Origin: Callorhinchus milii
Taxonomy: Eukaryota
Assembly (NCBI RefSeq): GCF_018977255.1
Contig: NW_024704742.1
Coordinates: 45,882,001 to 45,946,000 of the forward strand
DNA length: 64,000 nt
Reading direction: 5' to 3'
In this document: positions 1 to 11,222 of the stretch, in pieces
Layout: every line of letters starts with the position of its first letter
Numbering within the stretch: the first letter of the stretch is position 1
Program-made: the position numbers and the translations under genes
The notes under the pieces: generated by a model
The model's input: the letters and a program-made list of their open reading frames with translations, nothing else
The model's database searches: none
Told to the model about the DNA's origin: nothing

Positions 1-687
1 TTTTTTTAAATTTCAAAATTACCAATGAATTGACAAATTTCACACAATTCTGCATGATTTTAAGTTTTAAAACAAAATAGTTCTGGATACAATTCGAGGC
101 CTCTAAGGTCACATTTGGCAACAAAGATCTGACTACCTTTAGCAGTTAAAATACAGTTAGAATACTATCATCATGATGTGATGATGCATTATCTAAAATT
201 AAAGCTGTTTTTTAAAGCAGTTCTCAAGAACCAAGGAGAGCATGATTGAACTAGATTTCTTCCCAGATTTACAACCCACAGTTCCGTCAAAGCTATTAGA
301 CAAATGAGTCATCTGCCGCCGAATCGACTAACATCTATAGATATATGAACAGCGTGCTGATAGCATCCATATACCCGTACAAGTTTAGCCACTCAAATTC
401 ATTCTAAATTCTAACTTCGAAGTTCAACCATTAGAACAATATGCTTGCATTTAGGAATTTTGTTTCTGTTATGTTTAATTTCCTTGGTAAATACATTGTG
501 GGGATAAAAACTGATGATCATTAGCAAATCAGTAATAAACCACAAACTGTTTATACACAGACAGTTGCTGAATTCAAATTCTGAACTCTCTCGGTGATTA
601 ATTATTTTAGTAAGTAATAAATAGCATTGCAACTGTGTTTTCAGGAGTAGCAGCAGGGGTTAGCAGTCTGCTTTGCAACCTGTGCAA

Positions 688-1055
688 TCACAAGATCACG
701 AGATTGGTCTGGAGGATGATGGCCCTTTGACCCATCTGATCTCATCCTTCCAGAACACTCTACAATCCCCTCTCACAGCACAGAGCTGCCCTTTTGCAAA
801 TGAGTCCAATGTCCTGTCCTCTATCTTTCCTGGCAACCTGTTTCAGTTGTTCATTACCCTCTGAATAAAGAAAAAACATCCTTGTATCTATCCTGAAATT
901 GCACTTTTACAACTCTAAACCTATGTCTTCTTATTTTACTGTCTTGGTGCATCCTGATGTATTGAGCTGCTTTTATTTTTAAAAGCACATTTAAAATTCT
1001 ATATGGTCTGCTCTGAATCATTTCTCTCAAGATTAAAGAGCCCTAGACAGTCTAA
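688..1055 (-). mobile_element. CR1-type LINE 3' fragment (old)
   Basis: Starts CACAAGATCACGAGATTGG..GGCCCTTTGACCCATCTGATCTCATCC, homologous to 6246-6460 and to 11223-11660, which encodes a CR1 ORF2 C-terminus. Confidence 0.7.
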
Positions 1056-1057
1056 TC

Positions 1058-1255
1058 GTAATAATAATAATCCTTGCATTTAATATAGCGCTTCTCATGT
1101 CAACTAGACATCTGAAAGTGCTTCACAAAATATACTGTATAGTGAATTGACTGTATATTTGTGGGCAAAATGCGCAGCCAATTGCGCACAGTACTGTCCC
1201 ACAAACAGTCATGGATTGAAGTGACCAATTTATTATTTTTTTGAGGGATTATCAT
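1058..1255 (-). mobile_element. tRNA-derived SINE (family A), 3' portion
   Basis: (AAT)n tail + CCTTGCATTTAATATAGCGC.. + GCAGCCAATTGCGCACAG..GTCCCACAAACAGTC as in full copies. Confidence 0.85.
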
Positions 1256-1264
1256 TACCATTAT

Positions 1265-1395
1265 TGGCAGCCAGGCCTTCAGTCACTCTGCCCCCCACCC
1301 TCTGGAACTCCACCGCACAATTCCTCTGCCTCGCTCCCTCCCTTACCTCCTTCAAGACCATCTCAAGACCCTCCTCTTTAACCATGCTTTCAGTC
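1265..1395 (+). mobile_element. old L2 3' fragment
   Basis: GGCCTTCAGTCACTCTGCCCCCACCCTCTGGAACTC.. matches the L2 RAFS..APxLWNS coding region. Confidence 0.7.
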
Positions 1396-1502
1396 TTTTG
1401 GGATAATATTTAAATTGAAAGATATAACCCTTGCATTTGTTCTGAGAAAGAAAGATTTTTTTCACTATTTCATTTTCGTTCTCAGAGGCATGTTAGATGA
1501 CA

Positions 1503-2648
1503 CACAACAACAACAACAAGAACAACAAGATTGCATTTATAGAGTGTCCTTCACATCGGGAGGACGTCCCAAAGCGCTGGACAGTTGGGTCAGGACCCGA
1601 GCAGGGGGGAAATGGTCAGGGTGAGGGGAGGGAAGGGAGGGAGCGAGGAGGGGGTAGAGAGTCGAGAGGGGAGCTGAAGGCACGGTCAAAGAGAAAGGTC
1701 TTGAGACCGGCCTTGAAAGAGGAAAGGGAGGAGGCAAGGAGAAGGCACTGGGGGATAGAGTTCCAGAGCCTAGGGACTGAGAGGCTGAAGGCCCGGCCAC
1801 CGATGGTAGGACGGTTGGGGCGGGGGATGTGGAGCAGACCGGAGCCAGAGGAACGGAGGGTACGGGCAGGTAGATAGGGGGATAGTAGGTCGGAGAGGTA
1901 GGAGGGAGCGAGGCCGTGAATGGCCTTGTAGGTGAGGAGGAGGATCTTGAATTTGATCCTCTGGGGGATGGGGAGCCAGTGGAGGCGAGCGAGGGTGGGA
2001 GTGATGTGGTCGCGAAGCCTGGTGCGGGACAGTGCACGGGCTGCAGAGTTCTGAATGACCTGCAGCTTGTGGAGGGAGGTGCCGGGAAGGCCGGCGAGGA
2101 GAGAGTTCCCATAGTCCAGCCTTGAGGTGATAAAGGCATGGACCAGAGTTTCAGCAGCGTGAGGGGTGAGGTAGTGCCGTAGTCTGGCGATATTTCGGAG
2201 GTGATGGAAGGCAGTGCCAGTTGTGGCGCGGATGTGGGGAAGAAAGGACAACTCAGGATCGAACAGAACCCTGAGGTTCCTGACCGGCTTTGAGAGGTGG
2301 AGAGTGCAGCCTTGGATGCTGATGCTGTCAGCGCCTGAGGTGCGGAGGCTCTGACACGAACCAATCAGGAGGGCCTCAGTTTTACGTATGTTGTGCTGAA
2401 GAAAGTTGGCTCCCGTCCAGGTCTCGATGTCGGACAGGCAGCTGTCAGGACATCGGTGGTCGTGGAGTTGAGGGTAGAGGAGGAAAGGTAGAGTTGAGTG
2501 TCATCCGCATACATGTGGAAGTTAACCCCATGTCTGCGGATGATGTCACTAAGGGGGAGCATATAGAGGGTGAAGAGGAGGGGACGAGGACAGAGCCCTG
2601 AGGGACACCGCACGAGACAGTGCAGAGGCTGGAGGAAAAGCCATTTCT
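1503..2648 (-). mobile_element. young L2 LINE, 5'-truncated (RT C-terminal half + 3' UTR + (TTG)n tail)
   Basis: ORFs 2365-2613 ([16 protein letters not shown]) and 1616-2251 (FITSRLDYGN..HITPTLARLHWLPI..GRAFS..LWNS); CAA-repeat tail at ~1504-1529; highly similar to 29284-30430. Confidence 0.97.
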
Positions 2649-2900
2649 ATAATTCCATCTCGGTTTACCTGAGGCGACCCTATTAATAACAACCTTCGCC
2701 GATGGAAATTTGTAAGATTTCCTTCACTCTTTTTGCTGAAGTCTGCATGGTGCTGCCTGGCAAACATTCACTGTCTGTAATAAAGTGACTGCTCTTCACT
2801 GCTCATCTCTTTGTGAAAAAGAGGCCTCAGTGAGCTGGACCAACCGACATCAGCGTGAGGCAACAGAGCAGCGGAACACAAGTGTGTGTTTTTTTCTTAG

Positions 2901-2953
2901 CCAAAGAGATAATACGCGGCCTTCGACAATATGACAGTTCTCGGAGAAACCAG
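2901..2953 (+). other. candidate exon (53 nt)
   Basis: TTTTTTCTTAG| acceptor, CAG|GTGGGT donor, CpG-retaining; one open frame (KEIIRGLRQYDSSRRNQ); no homology recognised. Confidence 0.3.
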
Positions 2954-3905
2954 GTGGGTGGGCTTGAATTCCTTGCTGGTTATGTTTGATTCTTCTAACG
3001 CTAGGGATCATCCTCATTGCCAATGATGGGGCATCTCAAGCAGGGACACATCTCCAAGAATATCGCAACTCAATTCCACCAGCAAGATGGACTATCGGGT
3101 CACTGATAATAGAGGCTCTTCTATATTGCATAAAACAAGCCAAGAAGACCTTTTCAATAACAATAATAATTATAATCCCTGTATTTTATACAATGGTTTA
3201 TCATGTTTGTCGAAATGTCTCAAAGTGCTTCATAGGATTTACTGTAAAGGCTGGTCAGTATCTATTTATTGTGCAACTCATATCATTACACTACTCCTTG
3301 TTTTGTTTTTAAGTGGAGAAGTTTACAGAAAACCATTAACGTTTAGTATTTTAATTCAATTCCCATAAGATGTAAGAAATGCCATTAGTGTTCTCTGCTG
3401 GAGTCCTCCTACGATCAATTTCTGTCAGATTTTTCCCATAGACATTCACTCACATAGAAGGAATATGCATTTATTGAGATTTATAAGTTGGATATTAGTG
3501 AACTTACTCCTTTACTTTCTTTTATTTGTAACAGGAAAAATTGCTGACTAATTGATACTGAAATATCTATTTCCTTCGGAGACAAGACGAATGAACCCAG
3601 TATCTATGATCAAGGATGGGAAACAGTTCCCCCAAAATGCTGCTCTTGGCAAGCCACAAGAGCTATGTGAGAACAGCCCACAGCTCTGACTCTGTCAATT
3701 CCACTGTTCAGACAAACTGACTTGTTACACCAAACCAAATCACTTGACAGGACTGCTAAGATAACATTCACTTATGTTTATTATGTGGTTTTCTATGCAG
3801 TTGAAACTCCATGTTTCATTTCAACAAAGTCAATTATCGAAAAGATTATTTGTAAATACAGGCAAATCAATTTTATTTTGCTAACTTTCGCTCTGTTAAA
3901 TCCAG

Positions 3906-4040
3906 GAACATATGTGGATGAGCCTTCTTTGGAGGTGGCATGAGGGAAATGGATCTGGAGCAACACAGCAGCAATAAGGACACTTCCAAGGCACAGCAGT
4001 CAAGCTCTGGGACAAACAGAAGTGTATAGTGCTGTTTCAG
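3906..4040 (+). other. candidate non-coding exon (135 nt)
   Basis: CTAAC branch-like motif + pyrimidine tract + TCCAG| acceptor; consensus CAG|GTAAGT donor; stops in all three frames. Confidence 0.35.
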
Positions 4041-4210
4041 GTAAGTAAAATATTATCATAATTACAAATGAAGATAAATGAACCCCATTACTGACTAAAT
4101 GCTTTCAGTGACTCAGCTGCCTGAACTAGTAAAGGTGCATTCACTGGTGTCAGACTTCCATTGTCTCAATTGCAGTGTGAAGTTGGTGGTGGTTTTCTAT
4201 GTGGGTGGGG

Positions 4211-4490
4211 TAATAATAATAATAATCCTTGCATTTGATATAGCGCTTTTCACGTCGGGAGGACGTCCCAAAGCGCTTCACAGAACACACTGTAAAATGA
4301 ATTGACTGTATATTTGTGGGCGAACGCGGCAGCCAATTGCGCACAGCAATGTCCCACAAACAGTCGTAGATTATTATTAGGCGTGTGGAGTAAGGAAACT
4401 TGCCCAAGGTTTCGCCCTGACCTGCCTGGAATTGAACTCAGGTCTCTCACTTGCAAAGCGAGTGCTCTAACCACTGAGCTACAGGACTCC
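4211..4490 (-). mobile_element. young tRNA-Ala(TGC)-derived SINE (family A, short form) with extra internal deletion
   Basis: Minus-strand head GTCCTGTAGCTCAGTGGTTAGAGCACTCGCTTTGCAAGTGAGAGACCTGAGTTCAATTCC (A box, TGC anticodon arm, B box); L2-like 3' end; (TAT)n tail. Confidence 0.95.
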
Positions 4491-4644
4491 AGGGTAACTA
4501 GGTGTATGGGCGATTGATAACAATCTGTGTGGTTATTTGCAGCTTGTTGTAGTGGTTCCGTGTGGCAGTGGGCCATAACAAAACAAGTTTCATTGCTTTA
4601 CCACTAATTGCAATTCAATGTTAAATGAAATACTGTATGCTGAG

Positions 4645-4825
4645 ATGTCAGCCTGGCTCAGCACTCTCGCTTTTGAGTCAGAAAGTTGTGGTTCAAGCCT
4701 ATGTCAGGATATTGTCTATGCAACGCTCCAATGCAATACAGGATGTGCTGCATTGTTGGAGCTGCCGATCTTCAAATGAGACATTAAACAGAGTTCGGTG
4801 GACATTAAAGATATCATTGCATTAT
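4645..4825 (+). mobile_element. Deu-domain tRNA SINE (family B), 5' part
   Basis: TGTCAGCCTGGCTCAG..GTGGTTCAAGCC head; ATGAGACATTAAAC..GGACATTAAAGAT Deu-like core. Confidence 0.75.
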
Positions 4826-5391
4826 ACTTAAACCCCAGCTAATACCCAGCTGGTATTGGCATTTTAATTATTTGAATCCCGCGAGCAGAGATACCTGTCT
4901 GAGTCAAAGTCATCTGATATCCTTGGGCACTGTGAAGGCCAGCAAGGACAGTGAGGTGTTATGTCAGTAGATTTAGAAAAATGGTGTGAAATAATTCAGT
5001 GTGGCTTCGTTGCACATATCATGGGTATTCATAGTGCTAATTCTGTATAGAACTCTCTCTGTAGACAAGCTGGTTACCTTAAAATAAGTCATTTCAATGC
5101 CAATTAGTATGTTTGTGACGTTACTTGGTTGGGACATGTTTTTCCATATAAATAGATGCTTTGTTACTTCTTGGTTTATGTTGCCAAGCTTGAAAATTTA
5201 CATGTTTGTGAAAAAAATAAATGTATCATAACAGCAGTATCATTTGCTAATATGTGGGGTCTCATTTTGTGCAGTTTATGCAGAATGCTCCAGGCAACAC
5301 TTGAATCATTACAGTCAATTTTTTCAGATAGAACCTGTAATGTTAAAGATATCATTGCATTATACTTAAACCCCAGCTAATACCCAGCTGG
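4805..5391 (+). repeat. exact 49-bp direct repeat (4805-4853 and 5343-5391)
   Basis: TTAAAGATATCATTGCATTATACTTAAACCCCAGCTAATACCCAGCTGG occurs twice. Confidence 0.95.
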
Positions 5392-5455
5392 GACATCCTC
5401 CTGACGTGAAAGGCGCTTTATAAATGGAATCTTTTTGTTGTTGTTGTTGTTGTTA
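5389..5455 (+). mobile_element. isolated L2 3' tail
   Basis: GGGACATCCTCCTGACGTGAAAGGCGCTTTATAAATGGAATC(TTG)n. Confidence 0.85.
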
Positions 5456-6245
5456 TTCTCAAACTCTCACAAGTTAGAAAGAAATCTGATGAAAAATAAC
5501 GATGGTACTAAACATCTGATTCTTGCATGAATCCAAATAGCTAGATTACAGTTTCACGATTAAATTCACATGTTAATGCACATGTTTGTACAATCAAACA
5601 TTTCGGAATGTCATTAAAATCTTAACTGCTTCTCTGTGTTCTCCATCCTGAGTCTGTGACTGAGCTAGCTCGGGCTTGCTGCACATTCCTTACCTCCTCT
5701 ACCTCATCAATAGCAGCTGAGCATTCAGTGACCATGTACCAATCCTCTAGAATTCCCTCATAAATCCCTCTGCTTCACCCCGTTTCTAAAAAAAAGTCTT
5801 GCATACTCTGTAAAATACTTTGAGAGTGCTGTAAAGCATTCTTTATAAATTGCATAATCGCCTAAGTTATACATTCACCCTAGTCCTGTTCAGTTTCCTG
5901 TTAAAACCACTTAGATTTATTTGCACTACTCGTATTATTCACCTCCTAACTTGTAACGTTGCTCCCCTATGCTCCATTTCTCCCACACTTATTGGCTGCC
6001 TTAAATTGTGGGAAATGATGTCCTGACCCTTCACTGCATGCATTCTTACCAGCTACAGTGACAAATTATCGCATGGCTAGATTAAATTCCAAATGCGCAG
6101 TGTAGATTATTGATTAAATCAGATTTTTCTACAATCATTTGTCTTGAACTGGACCTTGGTCTTTTTTTTTTGCCAAGCAAATTGTTGTGTTCTTATATGT
6201 AGTGTAAGTCAAGTTGGTGTTATTGATCTAGGATATATTCAGCAT

Positions 6246-6460
6246 TCACAAAATCACAAGATTACAAGACTTTGTCCTTCAGCCCATCTCACCTCATCCT
6301 AGAATATCCATCCTACTGTCCCCCATCACAGCATCAAGCTGTTTTTTTAAATGAACTCAGTGTCCTGGCCTCAAATTCCTTCCTTGCAACCTTTTCCTGT
6401 AGTTAATTACCCTCTTAGCAAATAAAAACTTCCTAATGTCTGCCCTGAAGTTGCCCTTAG
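6246..6460 (-). mobile_element. CR1-type LINE 3' fragment (old)
   Basis: Homologous to 688-900 and 11223-11420. Confidence 0.65.
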
Positions 6461-8104
6461 CTTTAATTTTATCATTCCATGAAACAAATGCATTGGGAGT
6501 TGGAATTTAAATAAAGCAGCTATTAATCTGGGTTCATGTGAAATTATCACGAAAATAATGATTTGCCAACCCCATTACTCTAGTGACTCACTTACTTTTC
6601 AGGGAAACCTTTTTACAGTTTAACCAGGTCACAGTTCAGCTTTATGCATTGGGACCAGCTGGTGCACTTTAGTCTGCACTTATTGCACACTTTAAATATC
6701 CTAAAAAAACACATTAATGTTAGAAGGCCATCCAATTGCATTTTGAAATGAATTTGTTAATAGCCATCATGTCTCACATTTTTACAACCAACTTTTCACC
6801 AACAACTGCAATTAAACTGCTTTTAGCTGACTTTAAGCAAGCTATAAAAGCATACAACACTCCTCTATCAAAGTCAACAGGTGAAATGTTACACAGCTCG
6901 GAGGATGCTAGGAAATTGCTGTTTATATCACCACAAGGAAATATTTCCCTAAGCAGAGAAGCAATCCATGATCATATGGAAACCAATGTTAAAAATCTCC
7001 AATATTATAAACAATAAACATCCCCAAAAACCTATGAACATAAATAATGCAATACATGCCACAATTTATTATTTATTGTGATCTTTTCAAGTGAAAAATG
7101 CTAAACTTGTCAGATTAGTGAAGTGGCACAGAAGTGCTGCTGCAACGGATCTCAGAGGGTTAACCTTCAAAAGATCCAACTAATTAGAAAGATTTGCTTT
7201 TCGTTTCACGTAAATTATATATGACACATGATTAAGGATTTTTTTCGGTAATTAGTAGCCAGCTCGAGAATTCCTTTATATGATCTGAAGAATGCTGGAA
7301 GGATTTACACCAAAACCAATCTGCTGGGGTCATGTAAAGCTGTGTTTCATCTGATTATGATGAGAGGCTGTAACGATCAAGCACTTGATGAAAGTCTATT
7401 TTTGTGAATCTGTATTATTCTGTATACTTGCAGAAAATAATAACGGTCACCTATTTTTTTCATGATGTTATGCATTTTGGACATAAAATTGTCCCTTACG
7501 ACAACAAAAACAACTTGAATTTATATCAGGTCCCTCATGCAGAGCAGCAGCCTAGTGTGCTTGACGGTGCTGGAGAATGATGCTGAGCCCGGGGGAAGGG
7601 TTTCCACAGGTTCCTTTGCACTTACTGATTCTCCCGACTGAACTCAGTAGGATTCCTGCAATAACTTCTTATTGTTGAATAACTTCTGCACTAATGTGGG
7701 ATATAAATTTAAGAAAGTTACAGTGATTTCCATTCTGACATGTTATGTGTGAGGTGTAACCTTAGTCTGAATGGTACAAAGCAAAATAACATGAATACGT
7801 AATCAATTGTCAAGAATCAAACTTCTTATGCTAATTTGATTTGCAGTGATTAAGACATTTATTTTCCCAAGATACATTACTGATCATATCAGGCATTAGT
7901 TACAGGTGCAAATGAATATGTAACTTTTAAGTATGCTGGACAACAGTGAAGAAAATTAGACTCATTTTAGTGAATACTGATCTGAACCAAGGCAGAACCA
8001 TCAAAATAACCTGTTTGCTAATATGAATAGAAAAGATAAAAGCGTGGCTAAAAATTCTACTTTAGTCCACATGAAAAAGTTGTGGAAATAAGGTTGTAAA
8101 GTAT

Positions 8105-8465
8105 AGTCGTGTAGCTCAATAATTAGAGCACTCGCCTCACAAGCGAAAGACCTGAATTTGATTCACGGCAGGGTGAAACAATTGACAAATTTCCTTACTT
8201 CACACAACTCTGTTTACCTAGCAATAGGTAGGGACCCAATTATTAGTCAATTGGCAGATCGCTTTTCCAGGAGTAATAATTCCTTTAAAAAAATAATAAT
8301 AATAGATTGGTCACTCAATCCCGATTGTTTGTGGAGCAATTGCCTGCCTCGTTTCGCCCACAAAATATATAGTCGATCCACTTTGCAGTAGATTTTGTGA
8401 AGTACTTTGAGATGTCTCGAAGACATGATTGTGCGCTATATCAAATGCAAGGATTATTATTATTT
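8105..8465 (+). mobile_element. tRNA-derived SINE (family A, long form), full length
   Basis: tRNA-like head GTAGCTCAATAATTAGAGCACTCGCC..; central CTCTGTTTACCTAGCAATAGG block; tail CAAATGCAAGGATTATTAT. Confidence 0.9.
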
Positions 8466-9199
8466 TATAGTCTAAGGTTTTCAAATTCATTTAATTTATA
8501 TTTTGGTTAAAACAACGCTAGATGGTTTAACTGGAATCACAGAACAGCACAGCACAGATCAACTACATTCTGGCTGTGCTGACATTATTTACCCACTGGA
8601 ACTCTCCATAATAATCCCATTCCTTTGTTCTTTCTCCTACCCTTCAATATTATTTTCCTCAATATTTAGTCAATTGCCTAGGCGCTATACATGTGAAGGT
8701 TGCTATATTAATTACAATTTATTGTTGTGAATGACATTATTCAACAATTGTTTATAATAAGCAACCAACAACAAATTCCATACATGTTCATCCTGTACTG
8801 TTTCATTGAACAACCAATCAAGAAATCCTCAGCAAATCTATTGCAACCAAAGGACTAGATTTCTGTGTGATTTAATTTAGTGGCTGACTAATTTGCTCAT
8901 GAGCATAAGACCATCCCAAGGAAGCAGGGGAGATTTTATTTCATAGACGTAAATGAAGAGTGCGATTGACCTTTCCAGCTGAAGGTACAAAGGATAAATA
9001 GAATCAATGTTGAGACATGTTTTATAAGATTTAACCATGGTTAGATCTAAAAAAAATTAATAACCTTCGACTGGCAAGCCAACCGTTCTTAATATTAAAT
9101 ACTAAATATATTGTAAAGCTTTAAGGTCACTATTTCTGCCTCAGGTTTTTAATGTATCTGGTTATTATGTTCAAAGAATGATTTTGCATTTATAAAGGG

Positions 9200-9410
9200 C
9201 TCGACTATGCAAACTCTTTGCTTGTCGGCGGCCCAACTCCTCCTACCACAGGCTGCAGATCATCCAGAACTCTGCAGACCATGTTCTCTCCCACACTAGG
9301 CTCCGCGACCCTGTCACTCCCACCCTCGCCCGACTCCACTGGCTTCCCATCACACCGAGGATACAGTTCAAGATCCTGGTCCTCACTTTCAAAGCTTTCC
9401 ATGCAACCTT
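9200..9410 (+). mobile_element. L2 ORF2 internal fragment
   Basis: GGCTCGACTATGCAAACTC..CTGCAGATCATCCAGAAC..CTCCACTGGCTTCCC (RLDYAN..LQIIQN..LHWLP). Confidence 0.85.
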
Positions 9411-9524
9411 CTCAACCCGTACCAACCTTTTTAAAAAAGTTTTAAACTTGGGAAGAAATGTTAAACTTTCTTTCCTGTTGCAACGCACCAACTTTTAATA
9501 TGGTGTACTTGATCAAATTGAATG

Positions 9525-9850
9525 AATAATAATCTTGCATTTGGTATAGCATCTCACAATAATTTACTGTAATGTGTATTTGTAGACGAACTCAACAGTC
9601 AATGTCCCACAATCAGCCATAAAGTGAATAATCAATTTTATCTGGGGAATTGTAGGCCAGGGCACAAGGAAAACTCACTTCTCTTTCCAAATAGTGTCAT
9701 GGGATCTTTAACGGCCACCTAGATGAGATCAAAGATCTTGGTTTAAGTCCTTGATCTCATCCAAAGGGTGGCACCTTCAAAAATGTAGCAATTTCCCAGC
9801 ACTGCACTGAAGTGTCAGCCTAAACTGGAAGCTGCAAATCCCGACATGAC
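9525..9850 (-). mobile_element. Deu-domain SINE (family B)
   Basis: TGGCCAGGGCAC..CATGGGATCTTTAAC..CTCATCCAAAGGGTGGCACC reverse of the Deu core. Confidence 0.75.
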
Positions 9851-10378
9851 CTGAATGCATGTTGAATAAAAAACAACGGCTTAAAGCAGAGGGTTGATCA
9901 AAATTATCTGGTGTAGTCTGTCAGCCAATGGGGGCTAACCACAGGCAAATTAACATAGCTTTATACATGTCAAGAAACAGATTCAACAAATAATATATAT
10001 TTTAGATCCTGCAAAACATCTGCTTGAAATTTATTCTGACAATATTCATAATTATTTATATTTGGTACTTATTGTACATTTTGCCCACAAAATTCAGTCA
10101 ATTCACATTGTATCCTATGAAGCACTTTGAGACACCTCGATGACACGATAATGTACCATATCAAATGCAAAAGATTATTATTATTACATCTATGGGGGGG
10201 AACCCCATCTTGGTCATATGATTAAACATAACATGGCTGCCACATTACATGAAGGTGCTCCATCCATACTACAGGAAATTGTGCCATGCCTGAGCTATCA
10301 GGTTAACTGCACTGACACAGAGGTGTTGAAGATGAATGTAAAAAGGGAAGGCACTGCACCACTTAAAGTATTACAATT

Positions 10379-10755
10379 TATAATAATAATAATAATAATA
10401 ATCCTTGCATTTAATATGAAGCCTTATCATGTCTTCAAGACGTCTCAAAGCGCTTCACAGAATATACTGTAAATTGAGTTGACTTATATTGTGTGGGCAC
10501 AATACGTTAGCCAATTGCACACAATAATGTCCCACAAACAGTCATGGATTGAGTGACCAAATTATTTAAACTTTTTTGAAGGGATTATTACCCCCGAAAA
10601 AGCGATCCTCCGATCGATTAACTGGGTTCCTACTTACTGCTAGATAATCCGAGGTGTACGCAGCAAGTAAACTTGCCTAGCGTTTCACCCCACCAGGAAT
10701 CAAATCCAGATCCCGTCGCTTGCCAGGCGAGTGCTCTAACCACTGAGCTATAGGA
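10379..10755 (-). mobile_element. tRNA-derived SINE (family A, long form), full length
   Basis: (AAT)n tail; ends ..GGCGAGTGCTCTAACCACTGAGCTATAGGA (tRNA head, minus). Confidence 0.9.
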
Positions 10756-11222
10756 TTAGGGAAGAGAACAAATGCATAAAACCAATGAACTAACCTGATT
10801 GGCATTGAATCTTATAAAAAAGTACTCAAATATCAAACATTTTCTGTAGTTTGATATTTTTATGCATACAAGTTGTAAGTAGACCTCATGTAGTGATGAA
10901 ACCAAATAATAGATGTGCTATATTTATCCTGGCTAGCTCTCCTCTGCAGCTGCATACTTGAGTATATCATCATCTCTCGAGGCAATTTCTTTATTAATGG
11001 TTGTAAATATAAAAGATGTGACATTAAAGTAACTAAAACAAGATTTTGAGGCAGTTATAATAAGAGTATCCCAGAGATCCAGCAGCTGTTGCTACACATT
11101 ATAGTTTCTGCACACTGAGCAAGGAGTCCATGACCATTCTTCCAAAAAAACAAAAATTCCTAGAGTCAGGGTATTGATGGAGAGGTAGTATTGATGATAT
11201 AACTCTGCACTTGTGGTTAATA

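Noticed and set aside
267..348. Possible terminal exon (FTTHSSVKAIRQMSHLPPNRLTSIDI*)
   Set aside because: Supported only by an acceptor-like site; upstream context lies outside the window and the peptide is unrecognised.
1537..2364. 275-aa Ser/Pro-rich ORF, and similar ORFs at 29209-30171, 43133-43759 and the plus-strand Gly/Arg-rich ORFs over L2
   Set aside because: Shadow or antisense frames of C-rich L2 ORF2, not independent genes.
4420..4490. tRNA-Ala(TGC)-like sequence (also ~17995-18062 and ~32165-32232)
   Set aside because: SINE heads: no 3' acceptor-stem strand, and they continue into the SINE body.
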